Below are positions 40,167 to 51,092 of a stretch of DNA of 64,000 bases, piece after piece. Positions within the stretch are counted from its first letter, which is position 1, and each line of letters opens with the position of its first letter. Position numbers and translations under genes: made by a program. This DNA is from Hyphochytrium catenoides (Eukaryota > Protista > Hyphochytriomycota): contig FLMG01004535.1 of assembly GCA_900088475.1 (NCBI GenBank), positions 1 to 64,000 on the forward strand, read 5' to 3'. Under the pieces are notes generated by a model. It ran no database searches. It had not been told where the DNA came from and saw nothing but the letters and a program-made list of their open reading frames with translations.

Positions 40167-43100
40167 TCAGAAATCTCGTGTCATCGAGGTTCTTCTGGAA
40201 AGAACTCTTTGCCGAGCAGATGCCCTGCTAGACCTTCTCGAGTCTGTAGAGAGGGCTCTCTGCATTCGTGGTGATATCCTAGGCGAGCTTCGCGGACTAA
40301 AATGTATAACATAGAGGTCTGGGTCGAAGTCATGTGGTCGAGGGAGCTTATTGGGATACACTTCCTCGTTAGCGTCATCTTCATGAGCCACTCTGTGTGC
40401 GAAGATATCAGCAACGTAGGTGGCGGCATGGGAGAAGTCAATGCGGTGGAAGTTGATGATATTCCTGCTATAATGGCGCTTGGAGCGGAAGACACGGAAG
40501 TCTTCTTCTTCTTCTCTTTCTCCTTCTATGACCTCCACTTCAGCTCGAGGGTCATCCCACGCTAGACGAGAAAGATAAACTGCATCATCATCTTCTGCTA
40601 GAGCAATGTTGGTCACGACGTGTGAGAGTGTGACCTCTGGTTGCACTACAAGCACTCCTAACTGGTCCAACTCCGTTGCAACGTTAGCATCTTCTACCAC
40701 GGCGATGATCCTTCTGGGCAATTGAATACTATCGACAAGATGCTTGCAACAACGCGTTGTTCTTTCCGTGTCATCATCAAAGCATACAACGACGACGTCT
40801 GTAAGCTGGTCAATGGCGTACGTCTTCTGTCTTCCCGAGTCTTGGCCACTTCTGCTCTCCTTAACTCCCACGTCGATGTGGGATAAGAGCTTCGCTTTGT
40901 CCAACTCACACGCTGGGGCGGGCTCTTGGCCCTCTCCAGTGGACGACGTGTCCGTTGTCCTCTCGTCTTCCCTTTTCTCTTCGGGCTTCTGCCCCTCCGT
41001 GTCTGGCTCCGCTGGCTTTCGCTTCAAAATATCTGGCGCAATCACTTCATCAACAAACTCGAACTCAAAAGGGTTTGCGCCTTCCCCGTGGGCCTTCATC
41101 GCCGTGTCCATTACAGGCTCGTCCTCCTCAGCTATGGTTCCCTCCTCAGCGGTAGCTGGCAGCACCGGGACACGGACGTGGATGCCTAAGGAGCTCATGT
41201 GAAGGGCGAGAGAGAATGAGAACCTCCCTTTTCCTAGAATGGCCACGTTGTCTACCAGCCGCATCCCGTGAACACTCCTTCCTCTTCCCAGAGATCTTCC
41301 TCTCCGGAGAGGAAGCGATTTGCTGCTCACGCTACTCGCTCTCTCCCTGCCTGTGACAGTAATGTCGACTGTGGCCTCTCCACTATTCTTCACCCCTATG
41401 GAGGAAAGAATAGGGCCAATCATCTGGTTTATCACAACCGCGGAGATGATTGTGGCGGAAAATTCAGAGACCCAAGTGTCAGAGCTTATACTTAGCACTT
41501 CCTGTGCCAGCCCTAATGCCACGCCTGCCTGTGGAGTGAAACAGAGCCATAGGTTGTTATACATAACAGGAGGAAGAGAGAGAAGGAAGCGACAGGAGAT
41601 GTATGCGCCGAGAAAGATGGAGACAAAGCGCACTCCGATAAAGACGCTCATCAGAGGAATTGCCTTGACAACTGCACTCAGATTGAGCGCGGCACCTGGA
41701 GGAGTTCAACGTGAGGGAGACGTCAGTGCTTACCTCAATAAAAAGAGAGGAAAGAGAAAACGACTCGTCTAGAGAACCAAACCAATCAACGGACTGACAA
41801 AAGTCTTTCTTTTTTCGAAAGCCAGTAGAGTCTGTAGAAGTGGTTGGACAAAGGGAGAAGCTAGCAAGAGCAGCCTCTTTGCACATAGAGGCGGGAGAAG
41901 TCCTAGGCAGAGAACCCACAGCCTAGCTCATGAGAGATCGAGGCTAGAGAGAGTCCTACAGTACAGGGAAGAGAGAGCGAGACAGAGAGAAAGAGCGTAC
42001 AAACGAAGAAAGTACTATATGACAGACAGGCATCGGCAACAGATCTAGGACGGTGACAATTATCGGGGCAACGACCAGAAGGTAGGTCCTCTGGGGCTTT
42101 TGTCTCTCACCTGTCATGGTAAAGAAGGGCAGATACATCAGCATCGCCGCGGCGTCCAATATGTCGTGCATCTTTCCTCTCAAGCTCGTTATGTGTCCTG
42201 CAGCACAGGCTGCCACCATGCAGACCAGCAATGGTTCAAACTTTATGTGCCAGTAGGGGCCCCAGGCCGAATGAGAGCCCTCGGCAATGTAATCTGAACC
42301 GATGAAAAAGCCAAAGCCCACGCCCATCCACAGAGTACCTTGACGACAAGCATAAAATGACCGCGTAAGCCACAAATCAAATTATAGGCAAGAGTTCAAA
42401 AGTGGAGAGTAAGCCTGGATGTCTATGACGTGCAGGGTCAGAAACAAAACCAGAAGAGAGTTCTTTCTCTCCACATGGAAAGTTAGCGCGAACAGAGAGG
42501 GAGAGATAGAGACTAACCTCTGAGAAACAATGCCCACCTCCGCCTTCTAACCTCAAACTCTCCGAGAGGACACCAAAGAATAAAGGCGACCACCGTTCCA
42601 AGTATGAGCCCAACCAAGAGATTAGAGAAAACAATGCCCAGGCCAAATGCCACGTGTTCGCCTCCCAGCTCCAGCGTGGAGCAGTAAATGGTAGAGAGAA
42701 TGCGAGAGACAGAGAAGGAGAGAAGGACGAGGAGTTCCGCTATAGAGGTAACACCAAGCATCAAATTAGTGAAGGGACCCTTGGTGCGAAACTCCACGTG
42801 CAGCGCCAGGGCAGTTGCAGGTGAGCCCAAGACTGCAATTGAAGAGAACATGAGAGAAATCGCTAGCTGGCAGGAGGAAGAAAGATCCCCGTAGAAGAAT
42901 GGATCCGCAGCGAGATAAAGGGTGACCGTCATCAGGAGCATCGTCGCTACATAAATCCCGGCTAGAATGACTAAAATATCCCGCAGCTGTCCCCGTAACA
43001 CTGGGAAGAAGACCTCATAACCTGCCTGAAAGGAGATGAAAGATAGCGCAAGAGATGTAACAAGCTTCTGTAGGCGTGAAATGAGGTCATCTGAGAGCAG

Positions 43101-43977
43101 CGCAGAGACGTAGGGCCCTGCTAATATTCCTACGATAAGGTATCCGGTGATAAGCGGAAGCTTCAAATATGTCGGGAAGAGAAGTCCCAGTGGATACGCA
43201 GCAATGGAGACGATAAAGAATCCCAGCAAATATCTTATGGACTGCCACACTTCTGACCAACTGGACCACGCTCCAGGCTCGTCGCTCTCTTTTTGCTGTG
43301 CCTCCGCTGACGCAGAATCGGTAGCTTGGGGAGCTGCTAGGCAGATAATAGAAGAAATTTAGAGAGTCGAGGAGTGAAAGGGAGCGAACCAGGAGAAATA
43401 GAAAGGAAAAGACATAACCAGAGCGCGAGGTGAACACAGACGGCGGTAGGTGGAGCCGCGGGCGGGAAAAGAAAGGAGAGAGAGAGAGAGAAGAAGAAGA
43501 AGTAGGGAGACCGAGAAGAAGCAAAGTGGGGAGGATTGTACGTTAGTTATCAGTCTTCAACTGGGACAGACAGATGGAAGCACAGTAGCCGAGAGAAGGA
43601 TGAGCGGCATCGAGAGGATGCAGCTCTTGCGAAAGTCTTCAAGGCAGAAAGGTTGAGAGTAGGATGCCCTTGGGGAGAAACGTAGAGAGAATGGAATGAA
43701 CACGCGGCAATCTCGGACCACAGAAGAGAGACACTGAGCCGTTTGGCACACCTTCTGTCACTGCTTCCACTCGCCTCAGAGCTGTTAGCCCCGGCTTCCA
43801 AAGATCAACGCTCTTTGAAGATGAGAAATATGACGCAGTAGTAGAAGGGAGAAACGAAGAGCTAGAAGGACGCCCCGTCGCAGAGCCGAGGCCAAGGGAG
43901 AGAGAGAAGAGACCAACTATGCCAAGTAAGAGAGAAGAAGCTCTCCGGCACACACTCCTTCGGCCAGCATGCTTCAT
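40167..43977 (-). CDS. Cation/proton antiporter (CPA2 / Na_H_exchanger family) with C-terminal RCK_N (TrkA-N)-like domain
   Basis: N-terminal hydrophobic leader. TM exons: LKLPLITGYLIVGILAGPYV, ALSFISFQAG, GSPATALAL..KGPFT, FEPLLVCMVA, LPFFTMTGAAL, QAGVALGLA, VVINQMIGP. Cytosolic tail: VAILGKGRF...TDVVVVCFDDD...RIIAVVED...LDQLGVLVVQPE. Confidence 0.9.
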
Positions 43978-44249
43978 CTCGGAAGCCACCCTCTCTTGAG
44001 GGCCAAGACGGCAGCAAGTATAATTTTCTGCTGCTATGAGCTTGACCGATTAGAATGAGAAAGAGACGAGAGAAGGGTGGAAGTTGAATAATAAAAGGAG
44101 AAAGCGAGGAAAGAGAAGGATGAAAGAGAGAAGCGCGGTGCTGGGTCTCTTTCTCCAATCAGCAACACGCCGCCAGGGCCGATGACCTTCTTCTATCGAG
44201 TTTTGCAGTCCCAACGGCGCCAGCAGCAGCTCCCAGACCAATTTACAGA

Positions 44250-44370
44250 ATGCAAAGAGAGACAGAGCGAGAATCGAGAGAGAGAGAGAGAGTGAGAGAG
44301 AGAGAGAGAAGAGAGCGAGAGGGAGAGAAAGAGAGAGAGAGACACACACACACAGAGGACGAGACAGAGG

Positions 44371-44409
<39 letters not shown>

Positions 44410-44462
44410 GGATAGAAAGAAAGAGAGAGAGACACACACACACACACAGAGGGCGAGACAGA

Positions 44463-44508
<46 letters not shown>

Positions 44509-44512
44509 AAGA
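44250..44512. repeat. Compound (GA)n/(CA)n microsatellite
   Basis: About 260 bp of interrupted GAGAGA runs with CACACA inserts. Confidence 0.95.
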
Positions 44513-47500
44513 ACGTGAGTCTCAGTACGTGAATGAGCCGTTGGTCCGTTAGTCCAACAGAAACTTCGGCTCGAGACAGGATGATGCGGAATTGCGTGAA
44601 TGTGATGGCTTCCGTGTCTCTCACTCACTATGTCTTCATCTATGGCTCCTGGAAAAAGACCAGATTCAAAGTCATTTCTCTTACTCTTTCTCTCCGAATA
44701 GGGAAGTCTGTCTCGATGTCGACGGCAAGGTATTCATTCGTAAGTAGCAAGACTTGTGATGGATGACCAGCGTCAAACGACCATAGATATGATTGGTCCC
44801 TTTCTTGAAGGGACACCGGCCAATTGTATGGTAATGCGTAAGCAGTTTCTCCATTAGGGACAAAGCTCCTGGAGGTCATCCGGAGACGATACTTGCTTCT
44901 TATAAATAAGTAGAATTACATCTGCCCACAACAGTACTTGCTTAACTTGCCAAAACTTGGGCACCTCTAATAACTCTGTCGGCCCGCTTCTTCGCACTTT
45001 CGCTCAAAATCGAAGCTTCGTCTCCGTCTGCACCACCATCTTCCGGCCTCCTCCCAGACGCCCGTCCGCTGCTGCAGAGGAAGTCCTCTTCAGAGGCCTG
45101 GGAGGTACCTGAGAATGATATTCTAAGCTCGCGTTCATAGACCCAGGTTGCTTCTTTAAGCGCGTTCGCCGATCAACCATGTTCTGCTCTTGTCGTCGGC
45201 CAGTCTCCTTCTCCCGTGCTTCTGGGCTTACTTCTAACGCCACAATTGCAAAGGTGCCATGCAGCTACGAAAGCTGTGCCCCGTCTTTTCTCTGTTCATC
45301 TTGCTTCTCGGGGCCGGTGGATGCAACTGAATAGTCTGCAGAGGACGCGGCCTCCCACATCAGACAAGCGATCGATTACGGGAGGGTGATAAGACGATTG
45401 TTAGATTGTGAGGTGCGCCTTCTAAGAGATAAGGAAGGGCAGGAGTCTTTCTCCTAGCATTATCATCATCATTCATTGTTCTTTTAGTTGACTATTGGAG
45501 AGTGGAGCAATCAGAAAGAGAGGAGTTTCTACCGTCAGAGAGTAGTCAACCGTGGCTCCTTGGCAGTGATAAGAACCACATTTTCTTCGTAATTTCACTG
45601 CTCTGATAAGCTAAGTAGAGTAAGGAATACGGCGAGCCCTCTTGAAGGCTAGCTCACGATTGTTGAATAGATTGGCAAGGCAGACCAAGGATGATAATGG
45701 TGAGGGACTTGTCGGAGGGCAAGGGAACAGAGAAAGCACGGCGGTAGCAAGGGGTAGCCCCGGGGGGGAGGGTTGCCGAACCTCATCAAGCCGAACGCTG
45801 GCAAGAGAGTTTGTTCCCATACAGATCCGGTAAAGAGGGAGGTGGGCGGAGAGAGGACAAATGTGCGTTGAGGAAGAGTAAGAGTTTGGAGTTGAGAAAA
45901 GGGTTAAGGGAGGCCGCTGACGCCGGGGATTAGAAGGCTTGCACACCCTGTAATAGGGTCCTGCTGAGCAGCCGCCGGAGGAGGAGGCCCTCGAGGTTAG
46001 AGATGAAGGGTACTTGACATTATTGCCAGCTGCTGGAGGATGCCCATCGCTATTACTCGCAATCAATCGACCTTATGCAACAGTTCACGTCATTGAAAGG
46101 ACGACCGTTCCACTCTATTCTTCTTCACTTCTCGAGGAAGGCGCCTCGCACCAGCCGTTTAACGTTACATAAAAACAGCACAAGCAATAACTTCAGTTGC
46201 CTTCTTCTGCGCTCACGAAAGTGCCGGAGTTCCTTATTGTCACCCGCCGTTCTAGCCTCGGTGGCAACACCTCTACATATAAATACCAGTCAGGCAATCC
46301 ATCAGCAGCAAATCCAGTCTGCACACCGATACAATGCAAGGACAAGCAGGTGCAATCTATAGCTGAAGCCGCCAGGGCTAGAAAGAAGCATAGTTGGTGG
46401 TGACGGAGGAGGAACGTTGGTGGCAGAAGAATAGGCCCGGATGGCGCTATGGATGACATGGACGACAAAGTGGTGCTACCTAGTTCCATTCCTCTATAGT
46501 GACTCATTTGAAGCTTAGATTAATTTCTTGACAGCGGTGCTGCAGCTCCACGTAATAGTTTGTCAACCTTCTCGTTGCGCTCATGATACGGAAGCCACGC
46601 CCGTGACAGCATGTCTTACACCAGGGATGTTCTCCCATGTTTCGAGCATGGGTTCTCGCGGTGCAAGATGATAGTTTTTTTAGGGCAGCAACGGCCGGCC
46701 AACACTCTTAGCTGCACCTTAACGTCACCAAATGGTGCACTCCTCCGTAGCATACTAATCATCAGCCGGATTAGGATAACCGTCGTGAGCGCTGCGCTGA
46801 TGAGCTCTACACTTACACCTGTAATCTTCTCTTCTTGATGCGGAAGCAGTACTACCCTGCGGTCATTATTGCTTGCTCAGCCCCATCCGAGAACAGTAGT
46901 AAGAGGTTACAACGTTTCCTAGTTAGAGGAGGAGATTGCCTCGTATATGGACATTGTAGAATAGTTGCCCAGCGCAGTGAATGCGCGCCATCGCACTGAG
47001 TGACCAATCAGACAGGAACACTACTGTCGTCCTAAGAAGCTTTTCATCTGCCGTTCACGATGTATCTTCCTCACGTGCAATGGCTGGTATGTGTTCTTAC
47101 TATATGGAGCAACGTACTGTCTCTCCTCGTCTCGCTGCTGATCACTGCATCATCCCCGATATTGTCTTCCAACCTCTTTGTTCTTACACTTCAGAGGAGC
47201 TCGGTGTGTGGAGAAGGTTGATACGAACTCTATCTTCTAAGTGCAAGGACTCTTGCCCTATGTTGCCATAACCCGAGTGTCACTCTCAGTTCACTCTCTC
47301 CTCTCTCTTTGGTCACGTTACCTCCCGTTTCGGTCGGCCTCCACCAACAGAGCAGCCCACACGTCAACAAGCAGTGGTCGCTTCTCCAACCTAGGCATGA
47401 CAGGATGGGAAGGCAGAAGCAAAGGAGAACGGAACTCCTTACTTTTGACGGTGGTTGCCCATCATGGTGCTCATAGAATAGCAGCAAGAAGGACATCAGA

Positions 47501-48019
47501 GAAGGGTGATCATGATGACGATTAAAGCAAAGATAATAATAACGAACTATAGTTCCTTTCTGAATGTTATTCTTAGGGCAATCGAACAAAGTAAAGGGCT
47601 ATCGCGCTGTAGTAGACCGAACAAAGGTTAGTGTTGTTCGTCCTCAGCCTTTCTATCGCTAATAGTGTTCTTTAGATTAGAAAAGGATATCCTCCAGTTC
47701 GTCGTTGCGGCTGACTGTCGACTCCGCGTCGTCGTCATCGGTCAGTAGAACTAATTAAGGGTACCTTGCACCATAAGCTCCCGTCGACTTTGGCCAGAGG
47801 TTTATAGAAAGTAGGTCCTTTCCTATGTGCAGCAGCCCTAACAAAAAGTCGGAAACCGTATGCACCCAGAAGTGGTGGCAGGTCCGTATACTGCTGCTGA
47901 CACGGCTCTCTTTCCTGTCGCAGAAGCGTCTGTTAGAACGACTGCAATCCTCTCATATCTACAGCCTTTGTCTTATCCGGTAAGAGTCAACAGGTCCGGC
48001 CACACGGTGGTGAGAGCCT

Positions 48020-48102
48020 CCTCTTTTTCCCTCTCTTCCTCTCTTTCTCTCTCTCTCTTTCCCTCTCTCTTCTCTCTCTCTCTCTCTCTTTCTCTCTCTT
48101 CT
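48020..48102. repeat. (CT)n-rich low-complexity tract
   Basis: Near-continuous pyrimidine tract. Confidence 0.85.
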
Positions 48103-48616
48103 TCCACTTCCCAAAGGCAGTTGTGTACACATTGCCAACAGCCGGACCTAAGGTAAACCAGGGGATGTCGCCCTGATCGGACAGTGAAGAGGAATGCGGT
48201 GTCCTCCCGTACGAGGTCTGCACTCGGGTGAGGCGTGTCCTCTGTACCCTGTGCCCTTTATTATCACAGCACTTGGTACTTGTACACCTCTACCACGACT
48301 ACTGTAAAACAGTACTGTTCTCTACTGTTAATGGACGGTACAATTACAATTACAAGTACAAGTCGGCGTTCAAATCCAAGTCCACGTAGAATCCCACCTT
48401 GTGTACTTGTAGCAGACCGACACTACTTATTTATTTGTTGTACATAAGTACGTGTACGAGGTTAGGTAGGACTTGTAACTCTCCCTACTTGGACGCACAA
48501 GTACTTACTCTACTGACGAACAGTAGTCACGGCCAAGATAGAGACTTCTTACGGGAAAGAAGAGAAAGGATCATAACCGGTTGTGAGGAGGGAGAGGGGA
48601 GGCCGAAAAACGAAGG

Positions 48617-48619
<3 letters not shown>

Positions 48620-48661
<42 letters not shown>

Positions 48662-48747
48662 NNNNNNNNNNNNNGAGAGAGAGAGAGAGAGAGGAAGAGG
48701 AGAGAGAGAGAGGAAGAGGAGAGAGAGAGAGGAAGAGGAGAGAGAGT
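48620..48747. repeat. (GA)n microsatellite containing an assembly gap (N 48662-48674)
   Basis: GA runs plus about 3 copies of GAGAGAGAGAGGAAGAGGA. Confidence 0.9.
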
Positions 48748-51092
48748 AAGCAGTAATAGTTCGAGGGAGCAACATGAAGAAACACTGGTATCTGTAGGAA
48801 AGAGAGCAAGAGAACAGGTAACCAAAAGGAAGAGAGGCAGTTACAGGGAATAGTCTCTCATCATAATAGTAAGACTCAACTTTTCAATAAACAGTAAAAA
48901 CCACCAGCAGCTCAACGATCACTTCGTACCTCGTGGCCCGATAGACCAGCGAGTGAGTCGGCCTAGGGTAGTAGAACTAAGTGAGACCGAGAAGAGAGAA
49001 GCACACAGCGATGAGGTTCTTCTCCCAGGTCGCTCTACCTGTACGTCTCACAGTCGGGTTTTTAGAGGTCAAGCCGGCAGACACCTCATCAAGGAGGTAC
49101 ATCTGCAAGCCGGGCGAGTGAGGGGAGAACAGCAAAGGGACCCTTGGCAGAGATGTAACTCCTATCCCGGACTAGAATGGCTTCGCTTGTCAAGCGTCGA
49201 CCTTGCAAAAACCATTAAACGGAGGCCACGAGGTGGCACGGTGTCGGATCGTTCCCTTCTCCTTCAGGATGTTAGGGATAGGGTGGTCTGTTCTGTCTTC
49301 TCCACTTGCCTTCCCCTCTTCTTGAACGGACTGACGTGTGAGTTATCTCACGGGCACCTCTTAGGTCGCTGTCGTCCTGCTGTCAACCTCTTGGCTGGCG
49401 CTTCCTCAATGGGCTGGAGGGGGTGGAGAGATCGTGGCTGCTTTGATAATAGTAGTAATGGACGGTAATGCGACAGGCGGATGCTGGCCCGTAGATCTAC
49501 TGTGTGACTCGCTTCAGTTAGCGTTCTATTCTTAGAGTCTGAAGGAGTCTGGTCGACATACCGACCGACCAATTAGCAGCCGGAGTTTTATGCTAAGGCG
49601 TTTCTGCACTCGCTTCTCTGGACCTCAACCTTCCATGCCCTACATCTTGCTGTCTATCCTCTCTCTCCTCTGTCTCTTTCTCTTCTCTGTCTCTCCCTTT
49701 CACCTTCCCTTCTCTCCTTGTCCTCCTCGGCCGCGTTCCAAATACTCTTCTGCCTCTGTTCACTATCTACGCTCTTCCATCCTGGTCGTTTCCTTGCTGT
49801 CTCTTGCTGGAATTTTCTGTTACCATTTCCCACCTCACCCGTCAACTTTACTTACCTTAACACAGCTTAGAGGCTGCTCTGTCTCGCTAACGCAAGGACT
49901 AGTTGGTCTATATCTCTCTTTTGCTCTGTCTCTCTTTCCTCCTCAGTCATGATGGAGCTGACTTCTCTTTGTTCCCAGTAGCCACCGCTACACTTCCCCT
50001 CTTGTCATCTCTGTCTTCTTTTGCCTTTCTCTATTCATCTGTTCTGCGTCTAACCCTGAGAGTCATGGAAAGCGGGTCCTTGCTATAAATAGCCTCGTCC
50101 TTGAGGTAGAATGGCGAGGCAAGGAACAGAGAATAGGCTTCCTTTGGCTGCTACCAGTCGGACCCTCCTTTCTTGATCTTCTGTATCAGTCTTCCTCTGT
50201 TTCCATCACAATTGAAAGGTATATTCTGCATGCTTCATGACGACGGCTCCAAAGCTCCAGCTGCTTGTGGCTGGCGAGCCACATCCTGCCTCCTCCCATG
50301 GAACGTGCTATGCGTTCTTTGTTTCTGTTTGAATGTGCTCCCCTTAGCTTGCCCTTTCCTCTTCCCATCCTCTTTTCTTCTCCTCAGTTCCGTCCCTGCT
50401 CTCCTTCCTCTTTTGACTACCCATCCACATCGGCTGCTGCTCGTCTTTCATTCTCTCCTTCTTCTCCTTGGGTGCATTTTGGCTCTTGCTGCCCCACGTG
50501 GTCGTTGCGCTTGTTCCTCTTCTAGTACTAGACTTTCGCTGGCTCCTCCTCTTCCGTAAGCCGCTGGCACACTCTTTCTCCCTCTCGGTTCTCTAGTTCT
50601 ACTATCTGGACTCTTCTCTCTCTCTCTCTCCGGTATGCTTCTGTTCATGAGGTGTTACCGAGCCTTCCTCCTCAGTAGCCAAGCATACCCTCCGTTCCTC
50701 CATCAACGTTGTGGATGATCTACAGTTTCCCCTGTCTTTCATTACTCGCAGCACCCTTACGCGTCTCAGCTCCATTGGTGGACTTCTGACTGTTGTCTGT
50801 CATCCTTCTCTGTGCTGCCGACCTCGTATGGCCGCAGAGGGAGGAAGTTTGGGAGAGGAGAGACGAAAGGGATCCGATGATTAGGATGAACCGATGTGTT
50901 CAAGCAGAAGTGGTAAAAGACCACGGCTCTCTCCCGCTGTGATCGACTCTTCTTCCTTTTTAAGGTGAGCTATCAGAGAGAAGAAAGAGCATCAAGCCAG
51001 AGGCAGAGAAGGTTGAAAGACGAGAACAAGCTTAGTCCGCAGTCTAACTCTTTCCTCTCGGATATTGACCGGTAAAGTAAGTGATACTTCCT

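Noticed and set aside
44050-44628. Overlapping ORFs rich in LS/ER/CV dipeptides (also near 14040-14230, 27265-27609 and 48399-48825)
   Set aside because: These are artefacts of GA/CT microsatellites lacking stop codons.
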